DNA from: an uncultured Clostridia bacterium
GTDB taxonomy: Bacteria > Bacillota > Clostridia > TANB77 > CAG-508
Assembly (NCBI GenBank): GCA_944386135.1
Contig: CALWZW010000005.1
Span: 11,429-75,428, forward strand
DNA: 64,000 nt
Direction: 5' to 3'
Shown: one piece after another, positions 20,497-31,593 of the stretch
How positions within the stretch are numbered: the stretch's first letter is position 1
Layout: each line of letters begins with the position of its first letter
Made by a program: the position numbers and the translations under genes
Notes under the pieces: model-generated
Seen by the model: the letters and a program-made list of their open reading frames with translations, nothing else
What the model was told of the DNA's origin: nothing
Database searches by the model: none

Positions 20497-23400
20497 ATGA
20501 AAACTAAAAAATTAATTGTAGCAATTTTAATGTTTATAGCAGTACTAATGATAGTTGGTTTTACCAATACTGTAGATGCTTCTAGTTTAGGCTATCTAAC
20601 AATAACTAAAGAGAGAACAGTAGAGGGCATAACTTATAAGCATCAATTGTATACAGATAATACATTAAGCACAAAGAATATCTGGAAACTAGTGACATGT
20701 ACTCAAGATGGGACAATCACAAACACAATTCCAGATTTATATTGTTTAAGAGCAGGACTTGGATTTACATCAGAAAGTCCAAGCAATACTATAGTACAAT
20801 ACAATCAAAGCTATAGTTTGCCAGAACAATATTCAAATCTAGTAGACTACTTTAGTACACTTGAATCAAAAACAACTATATTTGATGAAGATAAAGTTGA
20901 TGATTTTAATGCAGTAATGTGGGTACTAGATAATATGCTTTTAGAAGGAGCAACAGATGCACAAGTTGAAAATTATTTAAAAACTTATGCTGGTTACTCA
21001 GATGAAACTTTAAGCAGTACAGAACTAAAAGAAAATGTATTGTCAAGAGCAGATATAGAAGCAATTCAACAATTAGTAATTTGGTATTTTACAAATAGTG
21101 ATGAAGAAGCATATAATAAAGATACTTTACCAACATTATATATGGAAATCTCTGGAGACGAAATTTACGATACAGAAGGAGATTATAAAACTTTTGCAGA
21201 TATATTTAATACATTAGAAGCTTATGGAACACAAAGACAAAATGCAGCAGCAACATTATATAGTACATTAATTACAAAAGCAAAAGAAGCAGTAGCAAGT
21301 GGAACATATAAACCTTCAAGAGAAATAACAGTTTATTTAGCAGGAACAGATGCTGCATTAGAACAACCAGTAGTAAGAGTAGAAGAAGCAGGAGATGTAG
21401 ATGTAGCATTAAGAAAATTTATCTCAGGAATAAATGGAGAAGAATTAAAAGGAGATAATTCAAGAGCACCAATAGTTGATACAAGTAACTTAAACAAAGT
21501 TGTAGATGGAGAATTACAAACAACAGCAATATATAATCATCCAAAAACACCATTAAGAGTATCAATTGGAGATACTGTTACATATACATTAAGATTATAT
21601 AACGAAGGTGATGTAGATACATATATTAAAGAAGTTAAAGATTATTTACCAGCATATCTTGAATATACAAACTATGGTGATGATGAAGGTATATGGTGGA
21701 TATTAGATGAAGAAACTGGAAGAATTGCAACTACAACAGAATTTTGCAAAGTTGTAGGAGTTGGTGGAAATATCGAAGAAACAGAAATAGGAAAGAACTT
21801 AGGAGATGTATTAATTCCAGCAGCTGAATACAATGAAGAGACAGATGACTATACTCTAAGTTATGTTGATATACAAATATCTTGTACAGTAATGCCTACA
21901 ACGCCATATGATACAAATGTAACAAATATAGCAGAAATAACAAAAATGGCAGATAAAAATGGAACACCTATACAAGAAGACAGAGACTCAGTTGCAGATG
22001 AAAATATGACATTACCAACAGATGAGATGTTACCAGATTATACAGGAGGAGCTAATGGAAAAAATGATCCATATTATGATGGCTCAAATGTAGTAAATGG
22101 AACATATTATCCAGGACAAGAAGATGATGACGACTTTGAAAAAATAATTGTTGAAACTCCAACAATAGACTTGGCACTTAGAAAATTCATATCAGCAGTA
22201 GGCGATACTGAATATAACAGAGCACCAGTTGTTGATACAAGTGGATTGAGACAAGGAGAAGAAACAGCAATATATAATCATAGCAAAGTACCTGTTCAAG
22301 TTGAAGTAGGAGATGTTGTAACATATACATTAAGATTATATAATGAAGGGGATGTAAATGCTAGAGTAAGTCAAGTAACAGACTATCTAGACAAGAATTT
22401 AAAATATGTACCTTTCGGAGATGATGTAAATGGAGATTGGTGGACAGCTACAGAAGGAGAAAGATATAATACTTTAATATCTACAGATAACTGTATAGTA
22501 GTAAATGTAGGTGGAAATACAGATACATCATATATAGGAGGAAAACTAAGTGATGCAATAATTCCAGCTTACAATAGTGAAGATGATGTATTAAGTTATG
22601 TAGATATAGAAGTACATTGTCAAGTAATGCCACTAGAAGAAACAACAAAATTAACTAATATAGCAGAAATTACAGGACAAACAGACGAATATGGAACACC
22701 AGTAGATACAGATAGAGATTCAACACCAGGAGATGTTGAATTACCAGAAGATTTCCCTGGATATAAAGATGATGAAATAGATAAAGACTATGTACCAGGA
22801 CAAGAAGATGATGATGACTTTGAAAAAGTAATAGTAGTAGTTCCAGAAGTTGACTTATCTTTAAGAAAATTTATATCAGCAGTTGATGGAGAAATGCTAA
22901 CAGGAGATGACTCAAGAGAACCAATTGTTGATACAACACCATTAGATAATAAATCAGATACAACAGCAATATATAATCATCCAAAAAATCCTGTAACAGT
23001 TAAAAAAGGTGGACTAGTTACATATACAATAAGAGTATATAATGAAGGAGAAGTAGATGCATATGTCAGTGAAATAAGAGATTATTTGCCAGAATATTTA
23101 ATCTACTTACCAGATAATGAAACAAATATAAGATATGGTTGGACATATAATGAAGAAACAAGAGAGGTTACAACAACAATAACTGCTGAAAATAATACAG
23201 CAGGAGATGAAATATACCAAGACAGAACAAACGGTAAATTACTATTAAAATATGATGGAGACAAAGTATTAGACTACATAGATGTACAAATTGTATGTAA
23301 AGTTGATGAAAATGCAGAAGGAAATCATATACTTACAAACTTAGCACAAATAACAGAAATTAGAGATGAAGAAGGAAATGAGCTAGACGACGATAAAGAC

Positions 23401-24783
23401 TCTGTACCAGATGGAAACTTTGATTTACCATCAGAAGAAGAAAAACCAACATATAAAGATGATGAATCAGATAATTCTTATGTACCAGGACAAGAAGATG
23501 ATGATGACTTCGACAAAGTATTAGTTAAACCAGATTTTGATTTAGCATTAAGAAAATTCATAACAGCAGTTGGAACAACTAGTGTAAATAATAGATATCC
23601 ACAAGTTAGCTACGAGGATGGAAAATTCACATATACACATACAAAAGAACCTTTAGAAGTTGTAACAGGAGATATCGTTACATATACAATAAGAGTGTAT
23701 AACGAAGGGGAAGCTGACGGATACGCAAATGAGATTACAGATGATGTTCCAGAAGGATTAGAATTTGTTCCAGATAATGAAACAAACGTAACATATAGAT
23801 GGAAAATGCTAGATGAAAATCAAGAAGAAACGGATGATGTAACAAAAGCAAAATACATAGTAACTGATTACTTATCAGAAGAACAAGAAAATGAAACAGG
23901 AAGAGACAACTTAATAAAAGCATTTGACGAAGAAGCTGGAGTTACAGAAACAAACCCAGATTATAGAGATGTACAAATAGCATTTAGAGTAACATATAAA
24001 GCAACAACAAAAGATGATACAGAAAGAACAATAATAAATACAGCACAAATCTCAGCAGATTCAGATGATGATAAAGACTCTGAACCAAACAGAGATGAAG
24101 TATATGACCATGATGGAGAAAATGAAGACGATATAGATTATGATCAAGTAAAAGTAAAATACTTTGACTTATCACTTCTAAAATGGGTAGGACAAACAAT
24201 AGTAACTCTAAATGGAGAAACAACAACAACAGATACTGGTCATACTGCAGAAACTTCAAAAAATGAAGACCCAGTAAAAATAGAAATAAAAGCTAAAGAT
24301 GTAAATAAAATAAGTATCAAATATGTATACACAATAAGAATAACAAATGAAGGAGAAATTGCAGGTTATGCGCAAGAAATAACAGACTATATTCCAGAAG
24401 GACTAAAATTTGTTCCAGAAGATAACCCAGACTGGTATGAAATAAGTGATGGAGTTGTAGGAACAGCAGCATTAGAAAATACATTATTACAACCAGGAGA
24501 AAGTGCTGAAGTAAAAATAATACTTACTTGGATAAATGGAACAGAAAACTTTGGCGAAAAGGTTAACTTAGCTGAAATTAGCAAAGACTATAACGAAAGT
24601 GATAGCCCAGATGTTGACTCTACACCAAACAATAAAGTTCCAGATGAAGACGATATAGATGATGCACCAGTAATTTTAGCAGTAAAAACAGGTGTTGCAC
24701 AAACATATATAGGTTTAATATTGATAATAATTGTAACATTTGCAGGTGGAGTTGGTCTAATTAAGAAATACGTATTAGAATAG
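20497..24783 (+). CDS. Large cell-surface adhesin with about five DUF11/Ig-like repeats and a C-terminal anchor
   Basis: Signal peptide; repeats DLALRKFI...VTYTIRVYNEG...TNIAEIT...PGQEDDDDF; C-terminal VKTG, TM, KK. Confidence 0.85.
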   Translation: MKTKKLIVAILMFIAVLMIVGFTNTVDASSLGYLTITKERTVEGITYKHQLYTDNTLSTKNIWKLVTCTQDGTITNTIPDLYCLRAGLGFTSESPSNTIVQYNQSYSLPEQYSNLVDYFSTLESKTTIFDEDKVDDFNAVMWVLDNMLLEGATDAQVENYLKTYAGYSDETLSSTELKENVLSRADIEAIQQLVIWYFTNSDEEAYNKDTLPTLYMEISGDEIYDTEGDYKTFADIFNTLEAYGTQRQNAAATLYSTLITKAKEAVASGTYKPSREITVYLAGTDAALEQPVVRVEEAGDVDVALRKFISGINGEELKGDNSRAPIVDTSNLNKVVDGELQTTAIYNHPKTPLRVSIGDTVTYTLRLYNEGDVDTYIKEVKDYLPAYLEYTNYGDDEGIWWILDEETGRIATTTEFCKVVGVGGNIEETEIGKNLGDVLIPAAEYNEETDDYTLSYVDIQISCTVMPTTPYDTNVTNIAEITKMADKNGTPIQEDRDSVADENMTLPTDEMLPDYTGGANGKNDPYYDGSNVVNGTYYPGQEDDDDFEKIIVETPTIDLALRKFISAVGDTEYNRAPVVDTSGLRQGEETAIYNHSKVPVQVEVGDVVTYTLRLYNEGDVNARVSQVTDYLDKNLKYVPFGDDVNGDWWTATEGERYNTLISTDNCIVVNVGGNTDTSYIGGKLSDAIIPAYNSEDDVLSYVDIEVHCQVMPLEETTKLTNIAEITGQTDEYGTPVDTDRDSTPGDVELPEDFPGYKDDEIDKDYVPGQEDDDDFEKVIVVVPEVDLSLRKFISAVDGEMLTGDDSREPIVDTTPLDNKSDTTAIYNHPKNPVTVKKGGLVTYTIRVYNEGEVDAYVSEIRDYLPEYLIYLPDNETNIRYGWTYNEETREVTTTITAENNTAGDEIYQDRTNGKLLLKYDGDKVLDYIDVQIVCKVDENAEGNHILTNLAQITEIRDEEGNELDDDKDSVPDGNFDLPSEEEKPTYKDDESDNSYVPGQEDDDDFDKVLVKPDFDLALRKFITAVGTTSVNNRYPQVSYEDGKFTYTHTKEPLEVVTGDIVTYTIRVYNEGEADGYANEITDDVPEGLEFVPDNETNVTYRWKMLDENQEETDDVTKAKYIVTDYLSEEQENETGRDNLIKAFDEEAGVTETNPDYRDVQIAFRVTYKATTKDDTERTIINTAQISADSDDDKDSEPNRDEVYDHDGENEDDIDYDQVKVKYFDLSLLKWVGQTIVTLNGETTTTDTGHTAETSKNEDPVKIEIKAKDVNKISIKYVYTIRITNEGEIAGYAQEITDYIPEGLKFVPEDNPDWYEISDGVVGTAALENTLLQPGESAEVKIILTWINGTENFGEKVNLAEISKDYNESDSPDVDSTPNNKVPDEDDIDDAPVILAVKTGVAQTYIGLILIIIVTFAGGVGLIKKYVLE

Positions 24784-24795
24784 ACATATACAATA

Positions 24796-24826
24796 AAAAG
24801 GGCGCCCGGATAAACCAGGCGCCCAA
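24796..24826. terminator. Hairpin terminator between convergent genes
   Basis: AAAAGGGCGCCCGG...CCAGGCGCCC; T tract on the minus strand. Confidence 0.7.
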
Positions 24827-24834
24827 GCTGTTCA

Positions 24835-24972
24835 CTAGAAAAACAACCAGTGAATAAGATAAGCAATCAAAAGAATTAGCACAATTGCAATAATCAGATG
24901 AGTCGGCAGGCTGAAAATCCAGCCAATAAACATGAAAAAAGCAATTGCAAACTTAGCACAGCCGTCAAACAT
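24835..24972 (-). CDS. 45-aa hydrophobic membrane peptide (not in ORF track)
   Basis: MFDGCAKFAIAFFMFIGWIFSLPTHLIIAIVLILLIAYLIHWLFF*; RBS GAAAGGAGG, extended -10 TGGTATAAT, own terminator. Confidence 0.7.
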   Translation of the reverse strand: MFDGCAKFAIAFFMFIGWIFSLPTHLIIAIVLILLIAYLIHWLFF

Positions 24973-25163
24973 TGCTGCCCTCCTTTCGCTATAGGTTCTT
25001 TTGACTGACGATACAATTTGCTAAAACTAATTATACCATGTTTTACATAAAAAGTAAAATAAAACATAATTGTAATTAGGAATGTATAATTAATAGTGAA
25101 TAGTAAATAGATTTTATATTTATTATTCAGTATTAATTTTATAAGAAAGGAATAAAAGTAAAT

Positions 25164-26523
25164 ATGGTAATAGTTATTGGAGCTGGACTTGCAGGATGTG
25201 AAGTAGCTTATCAAATTGCTAAAACTGGAACAAAAGTAAAACTATATGAAATGAAACCAAAAAAATATACACCTGCACATACTAATCCTAATTTGGCAGA
25301 AATTGTTTGTAGTAATTCTTTCAAATCAAATTTAATAACAAATGCTTGTGGTCTTTTAAAAGAAGAACTTAGAAGATTAGATAGTCTTTTAATAAAGATA
25401 GCAGATGATACTAAAGTGCCAGCAGGACAAGCTTTAGCAGTTGACAGACAAAAATTTGCAGAAGCTGTAACTTGTAAAATAAAAAATATGGAAAATATAG
25501 AGCTAATAGAAGATGAAATAGGAGACAAAGTACATCTTAAAGACCTGATAAAAGATAATATAGTAGTTATTGCAACAGGACCACTCACAAGTGATAAATT
25601 GTCAAAAGAAATAATGGAGTTAACAGGAGAGGATAAACTTGCATTCTATGATGCAGCAGCTCCAATAATAGAAAAAGATAGCATAGATTTTAATATTGCG
25701 TTTTTTGGCAATAGATATGATGAAGAAAGAGGAAGAGAAGAAGACATAGAAGCTTGGAAAGAAAGAATAAAAGAACAAGAAAAAAGCTATATTAATCTTC
25801 CAATGAACAAAGAGGAATATGAAGGATTTTGGAATGAACTTGTAAATGCAGAAATTACGACTCTTCATGAATTTGAAAAAAGAGAAATATTTGAAGGATG
25901 TATGCCAATAGAAGTTATGGCAAAAAGAGGAATAGATACTTTAAGGTTTGGACCACTAAAACCAGTTGGATTTACTGATTTAAGAACAGGAAGAAGACCT
26001 TATGCTGTAGTACAATTAAGACAAGATAATGATATAGGGAGTATGTATAATATAGTTGGTTTCCAAACAAACTTAAAATTTGGAGAACAAAAAAGAGTAT
26101 TTAGTAAAATCCCTGGACTTGAAAATGCAGAGTTCGTAAAATATGGAGTTATGCACAGAAATACATATATAAATTCTCCAAAGTTATTGGATAATACATA
26201 TAATTTAAAAGAGAATAATAATGTATATTTCGCCGGACAAATTACAGGTGTAGAAGGATATGTTGAATCAATTTCATCAGGCATGATAGTTCGGACTAAA
26301 TATTGTATCGAGAATAAAGAAAAAGCAAAAAATAGTTTTTCCGAAGGAGACAATGATAGGGGCTTTAGCAAATTATATATCATCAGAAAACAGCAACTTT
26401 CAGCCAATGAATGCAAATTTTGGAATATTACCAAGTCTAAATGAGAAAATAAGAGACAAAAAAGAAAGATATACAAAACTTGCAGAAATATCACTAGAAA
26501 AGTTAAAATCAAACAAAATTTGA
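25164..26523 (+). CDS. trmFO: tRNA (uracil-54)-methyltransferase TrmFO; +1 shift at CGG (26292)
   Basis: [36 protein letters not shown]; skipping C26292 gives SGMIV-G-LN...[11 protein letters not shown]...* at 26523. Confidence 0.92.
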
Positions 26524-26675
26524 CAATTTTATGTAAAGGTGCTATAATTATATTTAGTTATGATACATGAGGGAAAATATACGAAAAAATAAATACCTAG
26601 GTATTTTTAATAGGAAATTACATTTCCTATTAAAACATGTTAGGAGAAAAATAGAAAATTTTAGGAGGTATACTA

Positions 26676-27974
26676 ATGGCAAAAAAAGTATATAAGAACA
26701 AACTAGAACAAGAAAAAGCAGAAAGAAAAGAAGCCAGAAGAAAACAAATGCAAGGTAAAGTGAGAACTCAAGAACCAAGTAGAATGGAGAAAATATATGC
26801 TCAAATGGAACAAATGTCAGAGCAAGAAATGCAAAACAGATTAAACGAAATAGCTAAAAGAAAAGACGTTATAACAAGAGAAACATTAGGTAGAAACGGA
26901 AAAGATGGACAAGAAAAGAGAATAGACGAGTTAAAAGCAGAATATGAAAAACTTGATAGAGAAGAAAAAAGACTAAAAGCTTATCCAGAAGTTAAAGACC
27001 AAATTGCAAAAATTATGGTATACAGAGATAGATTTGCAAAAAGAAAAGAAATGAATCTAAAAGCTGCAGAAGAGGAATTAGCCAAAGCGACGAATGCTGA
27101 ATTAAGAGCAAAACAAATAGATGACGAGTTAAAAGATTTAGAAAAATATAGTGAAGAATTTTCTAAGAAAACAACAATAACAGAGGAAGATAGAAGAGAA
27201 AACATAGAGAATGCGAAAAAATGGAATAACCTTTTAAAAGAAAAAGGAAAACTAGACGGTATAAGCGAAAAAACAAGTGAATTAAAAGCAAAAGTAGATA
27301 TGTATAGAAGTGGAAGAAGTAAAGAAGATGCTAGAATTAATAAATGCAACATGGCTTGGAAACTTCTACTTTCAGGAAAATCTTGGGATGAAATAAGTTT
27401 AATTGCAGCAGAAGAAGTTCAAAAGAGACAAGCTAGTAAGAAAGAAAAAACAGAAGAGATAAAGAATGTAATATTAAACGGAAATGATGAGCAAGGTAAA
27501 GCACCAGAAAATGGAGGAGAATTTGACCTAAAACTAGAAGATGATAAGAAAGAAGAAACAAAATCTGATTTTGATGAAAAACATCCAGTGCTTTCAAAAA
27601 TACCAGGGTTATCAACTGCTATGAAGAAAAGAGAAGAAGCTAAAGCAAATAAAGAAGAGCAAAAAGGCGAAAGTTTACCTGCAAAAGTAGAAAAATTTGA
27701 AGATAAACATCCAAGACTTGCAAAAATTCCATTTCTAGGAAAAAGACTTGCAGAAAGAAGTAATAAAAAATCAGAACAGAAACAACAAGACAATACAACT
27801 GATAAGGCACCACAAACAGACAAAAAGAAAACAGAAAGAGATATGTTTATTGAATATTTAAGAGAAAGTGTTGGAGATGGACATACAGAACAAGGAAAAT
27901 ATGCAACAAAAGTACAAGAAAAAACAGGACCACAAGTAAATAAAGATGCAGATAAAGATGAAATGACACATTAA
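26676..27974 (+). CDS. Hypothetical charged coiled-coil protein
   Basis: 432-aa ORF, RBS AGGAGG, two F(D/E)xKHPxLxKIP repeats. Confidence 0.75.
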   Translation: MAKKVYKNKLEQEKAERKEARRKQMQGKVRTQEPSRMEKIYAQMEQMSEQEMQNRLNEIAKRKDVITRETLGRNGKDGQEKRIDELKAEYEKLDREEKRLKAYPEVKDQIAKIMVYRDRFAKRKEMNLKAAEEELAKATNAELRAKQIDDELKDLEKYSEEFSKKTTITEEDRRENIENAKKWNNLLKEKGKLDGISEKTSELKAKVDMYRSGRSKEDARINKCNMAWKLLLSGKSWDEISLIAAEEVQKRQASKKEKTEEIKNVILNGNDEQGKAPENGGEFDLKLEDDKKEETKSDFDEKHPVLSKIPGLSTAMKKREEAKANKEEQKGESLPAKVEKFEDKHPRLAKIPFLGKRLAERSNKKSEQKQQDNTTDKAPQTDKKKTERDMFIEYLRESVGDGHTEQGKYATKVQEKTGPQVNKDADKDEMTH

Positions 27975-28027
27975 TAATGTAGAAGAACAAAAACACTAAA
28001 AAAAGTGCTTAAAATGCTACATAATTA

Positions 28028-28056
28028 TTGACAAATAAAAAATAGTATGATAAAAT
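28028..28056 (+). promoter_or_regulatory. Sigma-A promoter of rpmG-secE-nusG operon
   Basis: TTGACA-N17-TAAAAT with TG extension, followed by a 5' hairpin ATGTGAACACGTAT...ATACGTGTTCACAT. Confidence 0.7.
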
Positions 28057-28155
28057 ATGTGAACACGTATTGAGGTTGATACGTGTTCACATCGTTATTT
28101 TAACCAAAATTAATGAATGACAAATAGAACAAAAAATTTACGGAGGTGTATTTAA

Positions 28156-28320
28156 ATGGCTGCAAAAGGTCCAAGAGAAAACATAACTTTAGAATGTACA
28201 GAATGTAAAAGAAGAAATTACATGACATCTAAAAACAAAAGAAATAATACAGATAGATTAGAAGTAGTAAAATATTGTAAATATTGTAAAAAACGTACAA
28301 CACACAAAGAGACTAAATAA
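28156..28320 (+). CDS. rpmG: 50S ribosomal protein L33
   Basis: [54 protein letters not shown]; RBS GGAGGTG. Confidence 0.95.
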   Translation: MAAKGPRENITLECTECKRRNYMTSKNKRNNTDRLEVVKYCKYCKKRTTHKETK

Positions 28321-28347
28321 CTTTATTTTAAAGGAGGCTCATGAAAA

Positions 28348-28737
28348 ATGGGAAAAGCTGATAAGCCAGAAAAAAATAAAAAAAATCAAAAACATTTCTG
28401 GAAAGATTTTAAAGCTGAATTAAAAAAAGTTAATTGGCCAACTAGAAGTCAAGTTATAAACAATACAGTAGTTGTTTTAGTTATTGTAGCAATTGTAACA
28501 GCTCTTTGTTTTGTACTAGACCTAGCTTTTGAGGCTTTAAATACATACGGAATAGATAAATTAAAATCAGCAGTACAAAACAGTGTTTCAAATACAGTGG
28601 AAAATGTAGTAGATAACAATACAGTAGGAAACAATATAGTAGATGGTAATACTGTTCAAAATGATACAAATCAAGTAGCAGATGAAAACAGTGAAACTAA
28701 TCAAGTAACAAATATAGTAGAAGACAGCCAAGAATAA
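28348..28737 (+). CDS. secE: Preprotein translocase subunit SecE with acidic/Asn-rich C-terminal extension
   Basis: ELKKVNWPTR motif plus TM; lies between rpmG and nusG. Confidence 0.92.
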   Translation: MGKADKPEKNKKNQKHFWKDFKAELKKVNWPTRSQVINNTVVVLVIVAIVTALCFVLDLAFEALNTYGIDKLKSAVQNSVSNTVENVVDNNTVGNNIVDGNTVQNDTNQVADENSETNQVTNIVEDSQE

Positions 28738-28797
28738 AGCCAAAGATACAGCTGGAATCTTATAATATTTCAGAATAATATAAAGGAGGCGGATAAA

Positions 28798-29331
28798 TTG
28801 GCACATCAAAAAGAAGATTCAGTAGCAAGATGGTATGTTATACATACTTATTCTGGATATGAAAATAAAGTAAAAACAGACCTAGAAAAAATGGTTAAAA
28901 ACAGGGAACTAGAAGATTATTTCTTTGACATAATTGTTCCTATGGAAGAACAAATTGAAATAAAAGATGGAAAAAGAAAAGCAAATTTAAAGAAAGTATT
29001 TCCAGGTTATGTTTTAATAAAAATGATAGTAACAGACGAAACATGGTATATAGTTAGAAATACAAGAGGAGTTACTGGTTTCGTAGGTTCAGGAACAAAC
29101 CCAATACCTCTTACAGATGAAGAGATAAGAAATATGGGATTTGAAGAAGTTGAAGTGAAAGTTGACTATGATGTTAATGATTCTGTAAAAGTTATCAATG
29201 GTCCATTAGAAGGATTCATAGGAGTAGTACAAGAAATAAATAAAGAAAAAGGAAAGGTTAAAGTACTAGTTTCTATGTTTGGTAGAGAAACACCAGTTGA
29301 ATTGGAATTTTCACAAGTTCAAAAAATTTAA
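28798..29331 (+). CDS. nusG: Transcription termination/antitermination factor NusG
   Basis: WYVIHTYSGYENKVK, FPGYVL, KOW domain MFGRETPVEL; TTG start after AAGGAGG. Confidence 0.97.
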   Translation: MAHQKEDSVARWYVIHTYSGYENKVKTDLEKMVKNRELEDYFFDIIVPMEEQIEIKDGKRKANLKKVFPGYVLIKMIVTDETWYIVRNTRGVTGFVGSGTNPIPLTDEEIRNMGFEEVEVKVDYDVNDSVKVINGPLEGFIGVVQEINKEKGKVKVLVSMFGRETPVELEFSQVQKI

Positions 29332-29390
29332 AAATTAAGCCTAAAAAGACTTACTTTAATATATAAACTTTAAAAGGAGGTGCAAGTTAA

Positions 29391-29816
29391 ATGGCACAAA
29401 AAGAAATAACAAATGTAATCAAATTACAAATAGAAGCAGGAAAAGCAACACCAGCTCCACCAGTAGGACCAGCACTAGGTTCAAGTGGTGTAAATATTAT
29501 GCAATTCGTTAAGGAATTCAATGATAGAACAGCTAACCAACCTGGAATGATAATCCCAGTAGTTATTACAGTATACAAAGATAAAACTTTTGAATTTATA
29601 ACAAAAGTTCCACCTGTTGCTGTATTAATAAAAAAAGCTATAAAGATTGAAAAAGGTTCTGGAAAACCAAATAGAGAAAAAGTAGCTAAAATCACTGAAG
29701 AACAAGTTAGACAAATTGCTGAACAAAAAATGGAAGACTTAAATGCTGCATCAGTTGAAGCTGCTATGAGTATGGTTAAGGGTACAGCTCGTTCTATGGG
29801 TGTTATCGTCGAATAA
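29391..29816 (+). CDS. rplK: 50S ribosomal protein L11
   Basis: [15 protein letters not shown]...GTARSMG. Confidence 0.98.
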   Translation: MAQKEITNVIKLQIEAGKATPAPPVGPALGSSGVNIMQFVKEFNDRTANQPGMIIPVVITVYKDKTFEFITKVPPVAVLIKKAIKIEKGSGKPNREKVAKITEEQVRQIAEQKMEDLNAASVEAAMSMVKGTARSMGVIVE

Positions 29817-29928
29817 TAATCAGCATCTCGCTTCGTTATTTCAAATACAAAAAATGCTCAACGTACTTTAAGTACGCCTCCGCTTTTTTGATTTGAAATG
29901 CCTTGCGATATACTAATTCTTATCCGAC
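29808..29928 (+). repeat. Structured repeat family A, copy 1
   Basis: AATAATCAGCATCT...CTCAACGTAC-loop-GTACGCCTC...ATATACTAATTCTT. Confidence 0.75.
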
Positions 29929-30037
29929 TCACAAATAAGATAGCCAAAAACACAATTCTTTTTCAACTAATGAGAATTAGAAATTTGCAATATACTAATT
30001 CTTATTCGACTTTAGTTGAGTAAAATTATTAATTAAA

Positions 30038-30075
30038 TTGGGAGAGGTTTTAGATAAACTTCGTTAATACCAAAG
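30038..30075 (+). promoter_or_regulatory. Probable L1-binding leader upstream of rplA
   Basis: TGGGAG...TAATACCA adjacent to the rplA RBS, resembling the L1 autoregulatory site. Confidence 0.55.
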
Positions 30076-30084
30076 GAGGTAAAA

Positions 30085-30768
30085 ATGAAACAAGGAAAAA
30101 GATATGAAGAAGCTAAGAAGCTTCTTGAAAAAGGAAAAGAGTATGATGCTAAAGAAGCATTAGACTTAATTGAAAAAATGCCAAAAGCAAAATTTGATGA
30201 AACAGTTGAATTACATGTTAAATTAGGTGTTGATTCAAAACATGCTGACCAACAAGTAAGAGGTACAGTAGTACTTCCAAATGGTACAGGTAAAACATTA
30301 AAAGTATTAGTATTTGCTAAAGGACCAAAAGCTGAAGAAGCTACAAAAGCTGGAGCAGATTTTGTTGGTGCAGAAGAGCTAATACCAAAAATAGAAAAGG
30401 AAAACTGGTTTGATTATGATGTAGTTGTTGCAACTCCAGATATGATGGGTGTTGTTGGTAGATTAGGTAGAGTATTAGGACCAAAAGGATTAATGCCAAA
30501 CCCTAAATCAGGAACAGTAACAATGGATGTTACAAAAGCAATCAATGATATTAAATCAGGTAAGGTAGAATATAGATTAGATAAAACTAATATTATTCAC
30601 TTAGGATTTGGAAAAGTTTCTTTCGGAACTGACAAATTACTAGAAAACTATAATACAATTATGGATGCCATAATTAAAGCAAAACCAGTAGCTGCTAAAG
30701 GACAATATATTAAGAGTGTAGCTATAGCAACTACAATGGGACCAAGTTTATATATTAATCAAAAATAA
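30085..30768 (+). CDS. rplA: 50S ribosomal protein L1
   Basis: [34 protein letters not shown]. Confidence 0.98.
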   Translation: MKQGKRYEEAKKLLEKGKEYDAKEALDLIEKMPKAKFDETVELHVKLGVDSKHADQQVRGTVVLPNGTGKTLKVLVFAKGPKAEEATKAGADFVGAEELIPKIEKENWFDYDVVVATPDMMGVVGRLGRVLGPKGLMPNPKSGTVTMDVTKAINDIKSGKVEYRLDKTNIIHLGFGKVSFGTDKLLENYNTIMDAIIKAKPVAAKGQYIKSVAIATTMGPSLYINQK

Positions 30769-30769
30769 T

Positions 30770-30872
30770 AACCTAAGACAGTAGGCAACATGATAAGCCC
30801 TACCGAGGTAAAATAAAGAGTTCGAACGAACCTATCTTTATACCTCGGTGGAGGACATAAAGATAGGTTTTA
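30770..30872 (+). promoter_or_regulatory. L10 leader (rplJL attenuator)
   Basis: AAGACAGTAGG...CCTACCGAGG core followed by terminator AACCTATCTTTAT...ATAAAGATAGGTTTT. Confidence 0.8.
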
Positions 30873-30897
30873 ATTTTATAAAATTAAAATATAAGTT

Positions 30898-31027
30898 TTA
30901 ATTTTTACAAGAATTAGTATATTGCTAGGCACACTAATTCAAATATCAATGAGGCGTACTAAGTGTACGTTGAATTGATATTTGAATTCAGTGCAACAAC
31001 TCAAGATGCTGATTATTGTAAAAATTT
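30898..31027 (-). repeat. Structured repeat family A, copy 2 (reverse orientation)
   Basis: Reverse complement reads ACAATAATCAGCATCTTG...TCAACGTAC-loop-GTACGCCTC...GCCTAGCAATATACTAATTCTTGT. Confidence 0.75.
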
Positions 31028-31042
31028 AGTGGAGGTGAAAAA

Positions 31043-31549
31043 ATGGCAAACGAGAAGATAGTAAAACAAAAAGAGGAAGAAGTAAATTTACTTGCAGAAA
31101 AAATGAAAGATGCAAAATTAATTCTTTTCGCAGATTACAGAGGAATCAATGTTGAAGATGTAACAAAATTAAGAACAGATTTAAGAAAATCTAATTCTGA
31201 ATACAAAATTGTTAAAAACAACATCTCAAGAAGAGCTCTTGCAAAATGTGAGATAGAAGGTCTAGATGAATTAGTTGAAGGACCAACAGCAGTAATAATT
31301 GGTCATGACGACTATTTAGAACCTGCAAAAGCAATTTACGAATATACAAAGGAACACGACTTTTATAAAATTAAAGGTGGTGTAATAGAAGGAAAAGTTA
31401 TGACTGCTGAAGAAATAATAACTCTTGCAAAACTACCATCAAGAGAAACTCTTATTGGAATGCTTGCTGGTGGATTACTTGGAACTATTTCAAAACTTGC
31501 AGTTGGACTTGACCAAGTACGTATTCAAAAAGAAGGAAGCGCTGCTTAA
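31043..31549 (+). CDS. rplJ: 50S ribosomal protein L10
   Basis: DYRGINV, VKNN, GPTA, LAKLPSRE. Confidence 0.97.
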   Translation: MANEKIVKQKEEEVNLLAEKMKDAKLILFADYRGINVEDVTKLRTDLRKSNSEYKIVKNNISRRALAKCEIEGLDELVEGPTAVIIGHDDYLEPAKAIYEYTKEHDFYKIKGGVIEGKVMTAEEIITLAKLPSRETLIGMLAGGLLGTISKLAVGLDQVRIQKEGSAA

Positions 31550-31593
31550 AAAAGTATGCGTAAATTATTAAAAAAAATTAGGAGGAATTTAAA

